From positions 1-32,000 of the forward strand of contig NZ_CP032551.1 in the NCBI RefSeq assembly GCF_009734345.1: a stretch of DNA of 32,000 nucleotides, read 5' to 3'. The notes below the pieces were generated by a model. The model saw nothing but the letters and a program-made list of their open reading frames with translations, was not told where the DNA came from and ran no database searches. Below are positions 18,931 through 26,996 of the stretch, one piece after another. The first letter of the stretch is position 1. Each line of letters starts with the position of its first letter. The position numbers and the translations under genes are program-made. Origin of the DNA: Pseudidiomarina andamanensis (GTDB lineage Bacteria; Pseudomonadota; Gammaproteobacteria; Enterobacterales; Alteromonadaceae).

Positions 18931-19897
18931 TGTATTTAATGGCGATGCCGATGGGATTTTCTCTCTAATTCAGTTGCGTAAAGTATTTCCAGTTGATGCT
19001 GCTTCGCAAATGTTGATTAGCGGCGTGAAGCGCGACAATGCGTTGCTGGCGAAGGTGAGCGATGATCAGGCTCGCGACGCCGTGGTGCATGCTTTAGATA
19101 TTTCTTTTGATAAAAATACCGACGACTTGCGACGGATTCTGTCGCAGGGGGCTTCAGTGTTTTATTGTGATCATCACCAAGCGCGTACGCTGTTTGAGCA
19201 CGTGCGTTTGCAGTGCTTGATTGATTTTGCGCCGACGGTTTGTACTGGGCTGCTGATGAATGCTTATTTAGAGGGGCGTCAGCGGTTGTGGGCGGTGGCG
19301 GCGGCGTTTGGCGATAGTTTGAATCATGTTGCCGAGGCTGAATGTGCCGCATTAGGGCTGTCTGCTTCTGAGGTTTCTGCATTACGCGAACTGGGCGTGT
19401 TGGTGAATTACAACGGCTACGGCGCCTCAGTGGACGACTTGCATTTTGCGCCGGAAGATTTGTTTCGAGCGTTAATGGATTACGATTCGCCGTTGACCGC
19501 CGTGGCTGACTCGGCAGCCGATGCGCCGTTTGCGGTGTTGCGTCGTGGCTTTGCTGAAGATATGGCGTTGGCTGCAGCAGCTGATGTGGTGGCTTGTGAT
19601 GATGTGGTGCGTGCGGTGATGCTGCCTGCTGAAGCGTGGGCGCGCCGCATTAGTGGCACCTTGGGGAATGATTTGGCGCATGCTAATCCGTCGCAGGCAA
19701 TTGTGATTGCTACGCCGAACGCCGATGGCGCCACGCTGACTGTGAGCTTGCGGGCGCCTAAGGTTCGCCTTGAGGGCGCTGGTGACATCTGTGCGCGGTT
19801 TGATGGCGGCGGGCGTGCTGGCGCTGGCGGGGTGAATGCGTTGCCTGTTGGTGCGCTGGATGAGTTTGTTGGCGCTGTCCGCGCATTTTATAAGTGA
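18920..19897 (+). CDS. DHH/DHHA1-family phosphoesterase (NrnA-like fold); candidate pAp phosphatase
   Basis: 325 aa. DHH motifs are GDADG (motif I), CDHHQ (motif III) and a C-terminal DHHA1-like [11 protein letters not shown]. The start overlaps the cysC 3' end by 11 nt. The stop codon lies inside REP copy B. Confidence 0.68.
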   Translation: MYVDVFNGDADGIFSLIQLRKVFPVDAASQMLISGVKRDNALLAKVSDDQARDAVVHALDISFDKNTDDLRRILSQGASVFYCDHHQARTLFEHVRLQCLIDFAPTVCTGLLMNAYLEGRQRLWAVAAAFGDSLNHVAEAECAALGLSASEVSALRELGVLVNYNGYGASVDDLHFAPEDLFRALMDYDSPLTAVADSAADAPFAVLRRGFAEDMALAAAADVVACDDVVRAVMLPAEAWARRISGTLGNDLAHANPSQAIVIATPNADGATLTVSLRAPKVRLEGAGDICARFDGGGRAGAGGVNALPVGALDEFVGAVRAFYK

Positions 19898-19954
19898 GAG
19901 GTGGGGTGCAGTCCTTACTCTGCCCCTGGGTCGGAGCAAGGACTGCACCCCTCC
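19896..19954. repeat. REP-like element, long form (copy B)
   Basis: GAGAGGTGGGGTGCAGTCCTT-ACTCTGCCCCTGGGTCGGAGC-AAGGACTGCACCCCTCC. A 14-bp outer stem encloses a ~21-22-nt insert. Sits between the convergent DHH gene and hipA. Confidence 0.9.
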
Positions 19955-19971
19955 TACTACTCGAGCCAGCG

Positions 19972-21252
19972 CTAATCTTGGATAATGGAATACGGATTTA
20001 AGAACTGTCGCTTCCACAGTAGCCGTTTATCGACTTCGCTTAGCGCTGCCTCTTCGCACACCGCGTTCCAATTATTCGTAATGGTTTCAATTTGATGTTC
20101 GAATATTTCTTTGGCTTCGGCTTCTGACAGCAGAAAGTTATGTGCAGCGGCTAAGCAGGTCTTTAATTGGCTCATCTGGTTTGTACCGAATATCATCATG
20201 GCCTGCGATGCTTCATTGCCCGCTCGACCTTGTGGGCAAATATCGTACGCTGGGGTTAACGAGAGTGAGCGCCCGTCCCAAAAGGCCGCATGGTTTCTGG
20301 CATGATCGTCGGTGTTGCCCGATAGAATATTAAAGGAAAGTCGAGCAAACAATTCGCGAAGCGTCTGTTGTGGGTTATTAAAACGATGGCGGATAATTTC
20401 TGCTAGATTTTCGTAACTCGCATAACGCGCCATCATCTCATCAAGTCCAAGTAAGGTTAGGGCTGAGACAATAGACTTGCGCGTCCAACTTTTGTCGTTT
20501 GTAACACGATCAAAGCGTTCAACCAGTAAAACATCTTTGTGAGCAGACTGGGTTAGCATTACAGGAGCGACATTCAGGCCTGCAAGGCTTGCTAGACGCA
20601 TTGCGATAAACTCTGATTTTACAACGCTATAAACATCAGTGCTCGCAGAAAATTTGGCGATGTATTTCTTGCCGTGAGCTTCAACCAAGGCTTTTGGGCG
20701 AGCCCCCCCAATTGAACTGCCATGAAACAAAGCTTGATCAAGTTCAGGAGTAAGTGGAACTCCTTTTTCAACACGTTCTGCTGATTCCATTAATTCTTCA
20801 ATGCTTACGTTTGTTGAAGTTCTTGGTACATATTCTGTCGCAGATAATTGAAAATCTAACGCGCCGATACGATCAGACCCTGACTCAAGCAAATACGTCA
20901 ACTCATCAAGCTGACCCGTATCTATATTCTGGCCTTTATGGCCCATGCGACGATTGATAATGACGCGACGCCCCCATGCATCTGGTGCACTATCTCTGAT
21001 GCACCCTGGTACAGATAGGCCGTCTAATAATGGTAAAACTCCCGATTCTAATGGCAGCTCCGGTTCGTAAATCGAGATAGCATTTGGTGTGCGCTCAAGA
21101 TAACTTTTACCGTAGTTGAAATACAATTTGTCACCATCGGGCTCTAAGCGACCAGCTACGGTCGGTTCAGTATTACCGGGTAGCCAAATCCAGACAAAGG
21201 CTTCTTTATATTTTCGGAGTAATTCTGGTTCAATCTTTCGTTTAGAAGTCAT
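19972..21252 (-). CDS. hipA: HipA-family serine/threonine kinase toxin (type II TA)
   Basis: 426 aa. N-terminal coupling domain (YFNYGKSYLE...IYEPELPL), GGARPKA nucleotide loop and catalytic NTDDHARNHA motif. Confidence 0.88.
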   Translation of the reverse strand: MTSKRKIEPELLRKYKEAFVWIWLPGNTEPTVAGRLEPDGDKLYFNYGKSYLERTPNAISIYEPELPLESGVLPLLDGLSVPGCIRDSAPDAWGRRVIINRRMGHKGQNIDTGQLDELTYLLESGSDRIGALDFQLSATEYVPRTSTNVSIEELMESAERVEKGVPLTPELDQALFHGSSIGGARPKALVEAHGKKYIAKFSASTDVYSVVKSEFIAMRLASLAGLNVAPVMLTQSAHKDVLLVERFDRVTNDKSWTRKSIVSALTLLGLDEMMARYASYENLAEIIRHRFNNPQQTLRELFARLSFNILSGNTDDHARNHAAFWDGRSLSLTPAYDICPQGRAGNEASQAMMIFGTNQMSQLKTCLAAAHNFLLSEAEAKEIFEHQIETITNNWNAVCEEAALSEVDKRLLWKRQFLNPYSIIQD

Positions 21253-21595
21253 CCTTGGCTACCTTTCGAGATTTTCTAGCCGTTTTGGGTAATAAGCTTA
21301 GCTTTTCATTAACTTGTTTGACATGCATGGCAAGTCGGTTGGGTTCATTCTCAAACAAATTGACGCCAACAATTCGGGCTACTTCAAACGTCGCACCAAT
21401 TTCGCATTTAGGATCAGCCTTTTCTATGCGGTGAAGCATACTTCTTGAGATACCAGCGCGATCGGCTACTTCTTGAGCGCTCATTTTGTTTTCAAGTCTC
21501 GCAGAGCGTATCAATCCAGCAAGCAGAGATAATGCTTCTCGGGTGTAATGTGAGTAACTTCTTATAACTGATTTTGGCATTATTGTTCCATACAT
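21242..21595 (-). CDS. hipB: XRE-family helix-turn-helix antitoxin (HipB-like)
   Basis: 117 aa. HTH segment MSAQEVADRAGISRSMLHRIEKADPKCEIGATFEVARIVGVNLF. Overlaps the hipA start by 11 nt. An alternative start lies at ATG 21580 (MPKSV...). Confidence 0.8.
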   Translation of the reverse strand: MYGTIMPKSVIRSYSHYTREALSLLAGLIRSARLENKMSAQEVADRAGISRSMLHRIEKADPKCEIGATFEVARIVGVNLFENEPNRLAMHVKQVNEKLSLLPKTARKSRKVAKDDF

Positions 21596-21685
21596 AATAC
21601 ATATTAATATCTAATGTTTCATGTATAGCACATCGGTCTGTTTTTCGCTAGTTGGTGGGAATCGACTAGCTGCCGGAGTTGGGGG

Positions 21686-21746
21686 AGGAGGTGGGGTGCA
21701 GTCCTAACTCCGCCCCTGGGTCGGAGTAAGGACTGCACCCCACCTT
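21686..21746. repeat. REP-like element, long form (copy C)
   Basis: GAGGTGGGGTGCAGTCCTAA-CTCCGCCCCTGGGTCGGAG-TAAGGACTGCACCCCACCTT. Same orientation as copy B with 4 mismatches over 57 nt. Inner mini-hairpin CTCCG-N9-CGGAG. Lies in the hipB/Sel1 divergent intergenic region. Confidence 0.9.
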
Positions 21747-21773
21747 GACAACTGGGCGAGGGCGGCATAATTT
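21745..21773 (+). promoter_or_regulatory. Candidate sigma70 promoter for the Sel1-repeat gene pair
   Basis: TTGACA (21745-21750) followed 16 nt later by ATAATT (or 17 nt later by TAATTT), about 35 bp upstream of the ATG at 21809. The first bases of the -35 hexamer belong to the right arm of REP copy C. Confidence 0.4.
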
Positions 21774-21808
21774 TCAAAGGTTACCCTTTGTGAGGGTTCT
21801 TTTGCGAG

Positions 21809-22954
21809 ATGACGCTCATGCGCAACCTACTAATAATAGCGGTACTGCTGTCGGCAATGGCTGACGCGGCGAACGCACAGTCCAACCAAATGTTTGAGTC
21901 TGAGCCGGGCTTTTGGAAACTTGAAGAAACCATGTTGTGGCAGTTGACGGATCCGGCTGAGCGCGGTGAAGTTCACGCAATTTATAAGCTCAATAGTCTG
22001 GTGAAAAAATGCCTAGCGCGCGCCGAGTGCAAAGGGCCGCTTGCGAACAAAGGTGAGCGCCCGACACAGCAACAACGTGAAGCTGCGGTAGCGGCGGCAC
22101 GGTTGGCGGCGTTGTTTCTCGATAAGTCGAAGCAGGCCGGACTGGAGCGTACTCCGACACTTTTTGTACGACTTCATACCTTCGCCAACAACTTAACCTA
22201 TGCGCCAAGCACTTACGTTTTGGGGCGGCAATTTCTTCGTGGCGGCATTGTGGCGAAAGACCCAGAGTATGGCGCGCAGTTGCTACAAAGTGCATTAGAG
22301 CGCGGGCATTTAAAATCGGGAATTGAACTGGGTTTGCATTACCGTTCCATCGGTTCGTCGCAAGCCGCGCTGGATGTTTTTAAGCAAGCGTTTGAGCTGC
22401 TTCGCGACGTAGAGAATCAGTATGAACCTTATGTGAATACTATTCACTCGAATCTACGCGAGCTCGGCTATCCACTGGATAACGTGCTGGCACAGCGCAA
22501 GGCATCGATGACTTCAGCGTCAGCGCCTACCCCAAAACCACAAACTTCTAAGGTTCGCGACAATGTTGTAGAGCAAGCTCGGCAGTGCGCGGACGATCTC
22601 GAAAATATCATGCAACGTCGTTCTAGCTTGAGCCGGCAATTGCGATCAATTGATAGTCAATTGGATGACGTTGAGGGCGACATCAACGTGCTGCGAAATA
22701 CACGAGGCACGGTGCGTGGTACCCATGAAGGGGCTTTGGAAAGTTATGCGCGAAGTGGGCAGTTTAGTCGACTCGAGCAAGAGCGACGCGATTTGTTGCG
22801 CGAGCGCGGGTATGTTGATCGTGATCTGCGTTCGTTGAAAGATTACAACCAAATGCGTCAAAGCGAATGCAAGATTTCATTGTCTCGCAGTGAATACGAC
22901 TTGGTCTGCAAAGGCAGAAGTAACAATACATTTTGTGAGGGGTTCAACTGGTGA
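21809..22954 (+). CDS. Secreted Sel1-repeat protein with C-terminal coiled-coil and Cys-containing tail; function unknown
   Basis: The signal peptide is MTLMRNLLIIAVLLSAMADAANA-Q. A Sel1-type repeat follows (GRQFLRGGIVAKDPEYGAQLLQSALERGHLKSGIELGLHY). The C-terminal ~130 aa carry charged heptad-like sequence (LENIMQRRSSLSRQLRSIDSQLDDVEGDINVL) and end in CKGRSNNTFCEGFNW. Confidence 0.6.
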   Translation: MTLMRNLLIIAVLLSAMADAANAQSNQMFESEPGFWKLEETMLWQLTDPAERGEVHAIYKLNSLVKKCLARAECKGPLANKGERPTQQQREAAVAAARLAALFLDKSKQAGLERTPTLFVRLHTFANNLTYAPSTYVLGRQFLRGGIVAKDPEYGAQLLQSALERGHLKSGIELGLHYRSIGSSQAALDVFKQAFELLRDVENQYEPYVNTIHSNLRELGYPLDNVLAQRKASMTSASAPTPKPQTSKVRDNVVEQARQCADDLENIMQRRSSLSRQLRSIDSQLDDVEGDINVLRNTRGTVRGTHEGALESYARSGQFSRLEQERRDLLRERGYVDRDLRSLKDYNQMRQSECKISLSRSEYDLVCKGRSNNTFCEGFNW

Positions 22955-23796
22955 GCACAAGCAAAAAATGGGTGTTATGGGGCTTTGTTGGCGTGCCGGT
23001 AGGTGCGGTTGCGTTGCTGTTTACGGTTGGCGTGTTGAGAGATTTTGGACTATTGCCCGAGCGCCTGCCTTGGCATGCGTCGGCTGCGGAGAAGTCTAGT
23101 TCAGTCTCTGGCGCAGTAGGAAGTAAACCGGTTATTGCCGCACTTGGTGATAAAGAAGCTCCGACGCCAATGGGTGCGCATGTCGCACAGCATTGGACAG
23201 ATTCTTGGCTACGAAACTACGATATTGTCCTTCAAGCGGTTCGCGGCGATAAAGCGGCAGAAGCGCGCGTGCATGAGGTATTGGCTTATTGCAGAACAGA
23301 AGCCGACTGCCCAGCACCGGAGAATTCGTTTACCCCAATTAGCAATGAATTGGCCGATGTGGTGACAGCTAGATATCTTTTAGGTGTGTATTTTGTGCAG
23401 CAGGCGCGGGATACCGGTGAAGTTGAGGCCGGCAACCTTGGGTACAACTACCTAGCTTCTGCAACCAACTATAAGCACCCAGCGGGAGCATTTGCGTACG
23501 CGGAATTGTACGATGAAGGAAAGATTGCGGAGCGCGATACGAATGTAGCCTTCACCTTTTACCGCGAGGCTGCACTGTCAGGCTATTTCCCTGCGGCTTT
23601 GCGAGCGGCGGGTATCGCTGAATCTGTAAAGAGCTGGAAGTATGCACTTGAGTCGCTTCACTTAGCACAACGGTATCCTCTTGCTGACGCGGATAGAGCT
23701 AAGATTCAGGAGGAAATCACGCGCATTGAGCATGTTGTGTTGAAAGATAGTTTAGTCACCGCCGAAGAACTCCCGCGCACCATCCGCCTGTTTTGA
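22951..23796 (+). CDS. Membrane-anchored Sel1-repeat protein, paralog of the upstream gene; function unknown
   Basis: GTG start overlaps the upstream stop (GTGA). Has an N-terminal TM (WVLWGFVGVPVGAVALLFTVGVL) and Sel1 repeats (AGAFAYAELYDEGKIAERDTNVAFTFYREAALSGYFPAALRAAG). It shares a VH...C..AEC/ADC segment with the upstream protein. Confidence 0.58.
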   Translation: MSTSKKWVLWGFVGVPVGAVALLFTVGVLRDFGLLPERLPWHASAAEKSSSVSGAVGSKPVIAALGDKEAPTPMGAHVAQHWTDSWLRNYDIVLQAVRGDKAAEARVHEVLAYCRTEADCPAPENSFTPISNELADVVTARYLLGVYFVQQARDTGEVEAGNLGYNYLASATNYKHPAGAFAYAELYDEGKIAERDTNVAFTFYREAALSGYFPAALRAAGIAESVKSWKYALESLHLAQRYPLADADRAKIQEEITRIEHVVLKDSLVTAEELPRTIRLF

Positions 23797-23799
23797 AAG

Positions 23800-23833
23800 A
23801 GGAGGGGTGCAGTCCAAGGACTGCACCCCTCCT
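23800..23833. terminator. REP-like element, short form (copy D); likely also an intrinsic terminator
   Basis: AGGAGGGGTGCAGTCC-AA-GGACTGCACCCCTCCT, a perfect 16-bp stem starting 4 nt after the stop at 23796 and followed by TTTATTGTT. Confidence 0.7.
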
Positions 23834-23881
23834 TTATTGTTGAAGCATGAAGTTATCAACGGCGAAGCCCTAGACTCAGCC

Positions 23882-23910
23882 TTGTAACAACTGTTTAACA
23901 GCTTTATAAT
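23882..23910 (+). promoter_or_regulatory. Candidate sigma70 promoter for the wbpM-like gene
   Basis: TTGTAA-N17-TATAAT (23882-23887 and 23905-23910), 45 bp upstream of the GTG at 23956. Confidence 0.5.
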
Positions 23911-23955
23911 CCAATTTTAAATTATTGGTTGTTTGAACGGATGTAAGCTAAGCCA

Positions 23956-25854
23956 GTGAAATTTCTAATGCCCGTACTGCAGCTGCCGCGCTCCATGAAG
24001 CGCCTGGTGAGCCTGCTAGCTGATGCAACGGCCATCTTGGTTGCGCTAATTGTTGCGCACGTGTTGGCGTATTTATACCAGCCGCCGAGCGATTTATTGC
24101 GCTGGGCGTTTTTGTATGTGGCGTTAACCATCGGTTCGCTGGCGGTGTTCACGAAGCTGGGGCTGTATCGTGCGGTGGTGCGGTATGTGAGTTTCCGTGC
24201 GCTGGGTTCGGTGTTAGTCGGCGTGTTTGTTTCCACACTTTGGTTGTGGGCGCTGCGAACCATGCTGCAGCTTGACTTCCCTGGGCACGCGGTGGCCAAT
24301 TACGGTTTGATGGCGCTGCTGATGATCGGCGGAAGTCGTCTGATTATGCGTGAGATTTACCATCGCATGGTGAGTCGTCGGAAGCGCCGCGTGCTTATTT
24401 ATGGGGCTGGTTCGGCTGGTCGGCAACTGGCGCAAGCATTGATGAATGGCGAGCAATTTCATCCGGTGGTGTTTGTGGATGACGACCGCACGCTGCAGCG
24501 CACAACCATTCTTGGTATTCCCGTCATTGACCCATCGCAGGTTGAAGATGCGGTGACCAGTGGTCAAATTGAACGTATTCTTTTGGCTCTGCCATCTGCG
24601 ACGCGCTCGGTGCGCAAGCAAATTCTTGAATCACTCCAACCTTTAAATATTCGGGTGCAGACCATTCCTGGTATGGCCGACATGGTCAACGGCGATATCT
24701 CCATTGATAGCTTGCAAGACGTCAACATTGAAGACTTGTTGGGGCGCGATCCGGTGGCGCCGGATACCACATTGATGCAAAAGCACATTCGCGACAAGGT
24801 GGTGATGGTGACCGGTGCGGGCGGTTCGATTGGCTCGGAGCTGTGTCGTCAGATTATTTTGCAAAAGCCTCGGGCGTTAGTGCTGTTTGAACTGAGCGAA
24901 TATAGTTTGTATGCGATTGACCGCGAGTTGCGTCAGCTATGTGACCGCCACGGTGTGAGCCTTGATATTTTTCCGATGATGGGCTCGGTGCAAAACCAAG
25001 CGCGCGTTGAAGGCATCATGAAGGCGTTTAAGGTGCAGACGGTTTATCACGCCGCGGCCTATAAACATGTGCCTTTGGTTGAGTTTAATATGGTTGAGGG
25101 CGTACGCAATAACGTATTCGGTACCTGGGCGACGGCTGAGGCGGCCATTAATGCTCGGGTTCAGCAATTTGTGTTGATTTCGACCGATAAAGCGGTGCGA
25201 CCAACAAACGTGATGGGCACCACCAAGCGTTTAGCAGAGTTGGTGTTGCAATCATTGGCGGAGCGCGAGAATGTGTCGACGCGCTTTTGTATGGTTCGTT
25301 TCGGTAATGTGCTGGGCTCTTCGGGTTCGGTCGTACCGCTGTTTAAGCAACAGATTGAGCTCGGTGGGCCGGTGACAGTGACGCACCCTGATATTACCCG
25401 TTATTTTATGACGATTCCTGAAGCGGCGCAGTTGGTGATTCAGGCGGGCACGATGGGTTCGACTGGTTCGGTGTTTGTGCTGGATATGGGCGAGCCAGTG
25501 CGCATTGTCGATATGGCGAAGAAAATGATCAACCTGTCGGGGCTTGAGCTGCGTACGCGCGATAATCCTGATGGTGATATTGAAATTAGTTTTACTGGCT
25601 TGCGACCAGGTGAGAAGTTATATGAAGAGCTGCTGATCGGCGATAATGTTGTACCGTGTGCGCATCCGCGCATTATGCAGGCGCAGGAAGATTTTATGAC
25701 GTGGTCTGCTATGCACGATTTGCTGCAGCTGCTCGACAATGCTTGTGAGCATGCATTGTACGACACCATCCGTAAGCTATTGCTGCAAGCCCCGTGCGGC
25801 TATACCCCTTCTGAAGACCACGTAAACGACCTGCTGGCGCGCCCTCTTTTATAA
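23956..25854 (+). CDS. wbpM: Membrane-bound UDP-GlcNAc 4,6-dehydratase (WbpM/PglF/CapD/Gdr family)
   Basis: 632 aa with about 4 N-terminal TM helices, a linker Rossmann-like domain (VLIYGAGSAGRQLA) and a catalytic SDR domain (VTGAGGSIGSEL...YKHVP...STDKAVRPTNVMGTTKR). GTG start; an alternative ATG lies at 23968. Confidence 0.9.
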   Translation: MKFLMPVLQLPRSMKRLVSLLADATAILVALIVAHVLAYLYQPPSDLLRWAFLYVALTIGSLAVFTKLGLYRAVVRYVSFRALGSVLVGVFVSTLWLWALRTMLQLDFPGHAVANYGLMALLMIGGSRLIMREIYHRMVSRRKRRVLIYGAGSAGRQLAQALMNGEQFHPVVFVDDDRTLQRTTILGIPVIDPSQVEDAVTSGQIERILLALPSATRSVRKQILESLQPLNIRVQTIPGMADMVNGDISIDSLQDVNIEDLLGRDPVAPDTTLMQKHIRDKVVMVTGAGGSIGSELCRQIILQKPRALVLFELSEYSLYAIDRELRQLCDRHGVSLDIFPMMGSVQNQARVEGIMKAFKVQTVYHAAAYKHVPLVEFNMVEGVRNNVFGTWATAEAAINARVQQFVLISTDKAVRPTNVMGTTKRLAELVLQSLAERENVSTRFCMVRFGNVLGSSGSVVPLFKQQIELGGPVTVTHPDITRYFMTIPEAAQLVIQAGTMGSTGSVFVLDMGEPVRIVDMAKKMINLSGLELRTRDNPDGDIEISFTGLRPGEKLYEELLIGDNVVPCAHPRIMQAQEDFMTWSAMHDLLQLLDNACEHALYDTIRKLLLQAPCGYTPSEDHVNDLLARPLL

Positions 25855-25859
25855 GTTAA

Positions 25860-25886
25860 GAGGGGTGCAGTCCAAGGACTGCACCT
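25860..25886. terminator. REP-like element, short form (copy E); likely terminator of the wbpM-like gene
   Basis: AGGGGTGCAGTCC-AA-GGACTGCACCT, 6 nt after the stop, with a T-rich tract downstream (ACTTCTTTTG). Confidence 0.65.
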
Positions 25887-25923
25887 GTATACTTCTTTTG
25901 CAATTAATTTTCTGGAGTTAGGA

Positions 25924-26943
25924 ATGATTTTGGTGACTGGTGGTGCGGGCTACATTGGTTCGCATACGGTAGTTGAGCTGTTGCAAGCTGGCCACGACGT
26001 GTTGGTGTACGATAATTTTTGCAATAGCTCGGTGGAGAGCTTGAAGCGCGTGACGCAAATTACTGGTAAGGACGTAACCTGCGTGGAAGGTGACATTCGC
26101 GATGGTGAATTGCTGCAGCGCGTATTTAGTGAAAACAATATTACTGCCGTCGTTCATTTTGCTGGCTTGAAAGCGGTCGGTGAGAGTGTCGCAAAGCCAC
26201 TGGAATACTACGAAAACAATTTTGCCGGTACGATGATTTTGTTGCAGGTAATGGCTGAACATAACGTGAAGCGCATTGTGTTTAGCTCGTCGGCGACGGT
26301 GTACGGCGACCCATCTAGTGTGCCAATTCGCGAAGATTCGCCTACTGGCGGTACAACCAATCCTTACGGCACGTCAAAATACATGGTCGAGCGTATGCTG
26401 GCAGACTTGTGTGTGGCTGATCCTGAATGGTCGGCGATTGTCTTACGTTACTTTAATCCGGTTGGCGCGCATGAATCGGGGCTGATTGGTGAAGACCCGA
26501 ATGATGTTCCGAATAACTTGCTGCCGTACATTGCGCAGGTCGCGGTAGGACGGTTGAAGCAGTTGAGCGTTTACGGCGATGATTACCCGACGCCAGATGG
26601 TACCGGCGTTCGTGATTATATTCATGTGGTCGATATAGCGCTTGGGCATTTGGCTGCGCTGGATAAATTGCAAAAAGCGACTGGCTTCGAGGCGGTGAAC
26701 CTTGGAACTGGCAACGGCTACTCGGTATTGGAGATGATGCATGCGTTTGAGCAAGCATCTGGCCGCGAAGTGCCGTACCAAATCGTGCCGCGTCGGCCTG
26801 GTGATATTGCGGTGTGTTATGCCGACCCATCGTATGCGCGCGAATCGCTTGGCTGGGAAGCGCAGCGCGACCTCGCCACCATGATGACCGACGCCTGGCG
26901 CTGGCAATCGCAGAACCCGAATGGGTTTAAGGGTGCAGTTTAA
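25924..26943 (+). CDS. galE: UDP-glucose 4-epimerase
   Basis: 339 aa. [23 protein letters not shown] and YGTSKYMVE motifs, and a typical GalE length. The last four codons and the stop lie in REP copy F. Confidence 0.93.
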   Translation: MILVTGGAGYIGSHTVVELLQAGHDVLVYDNFCNSSVESLKRVTQITGKDVTCVEGDIRDGELLQRVFSENNITAVVHFAGLKAVGESVAKPLEYYENNFAGTMILLQVMAEHNVKRIVFSSSATVYGDPSSVPIREDSPTGGTTNPYGTSKYMVERMLADLCVADPEWSAIVLRYFNPVGAHESGLIGEDPNDVPNNLLPYIAQVAVGRLKQLSVYGDDYPTPDGTGVRDYIHVVDIALGHLAALDKLQKATGFEAVNLGTGNGYSVLEMMHAFEQASGREVPYQIVPRRPGDIAVCYADPSYARESLGWEAQRDLATMMTDAWRWQSQNPNGFKGAV

Positions 26944-26993
26944 GGACAGTACCCCCGAAGAGGGGTGCTGTCCTTGGACTGCACCCCACCTCC
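26931..26993. repeat. REP-like element, compound/nested form (copy F)
   Basis: GGGTGCAGT-TT-[AAGGACAGTACCCC-CGAAGA-GGGGTGCTGTCCTT]-GGACTGCACCCCACCTCC. An outer 9-bp stem encloses an inner 14-bp hairpin that is itself a diverged copy of the same palindrome. Fills the gap between convergent galE and the beta-CASP gene. Confidence 0.85.
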
Positions 26994-26996
26994 TGC

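Noticed and set aside
13995-19897. Idea that cysDNC next to the glycan locus indicates a sulfated polysaccharide
   Set aside because: No sulfotransferase is present in the window. The cys genes look like ordinary assimilatory sulfate activation with core-like composition. Adjacency alone is insufficient.
19472-20017. Long antisense or alternative-frame ORFs in the track (for example 19472-20017, 19480-19788, 19017-19382, 26443-27000, 26453-26830, 10783-11172, 18325-18672, 18498-18851, 31224-31598, 31685-31945)
   Set aside because: All lie opposite or out of frame to genes with strong family signatures. They have low-complexity R/A/S/P-rich translations typical of shadow ORFs in GC-rich DNA. 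Several simply read through REP elements, giving GVQSL/DCTP peptides.
21596-21685. HipB operator or promoter calls in the hipB upstream region (inverted repeat GCTAGT-N12-ACTAGC at about 21649-21672; TACAT/ATGTA repeats near the start codon)
   Set aside because: The repeats are short (6 bp or less) and AT-rich context makes them likely by chance. There is no match to the known TATCC-N8-GGATA HipB operator, and I could not define convincing -35/-10 hexamers.
19896-23834. Mobile genetic element (IS, integron cassette, prophage remnant) carrying hipBA and the Sel1 genes
   Set aside because: There is no transposase, integrase, attC-like site or terminal inverted repeats other than the REP-like copies. 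I report it only as a REP-bracketed cassette hypothesis.
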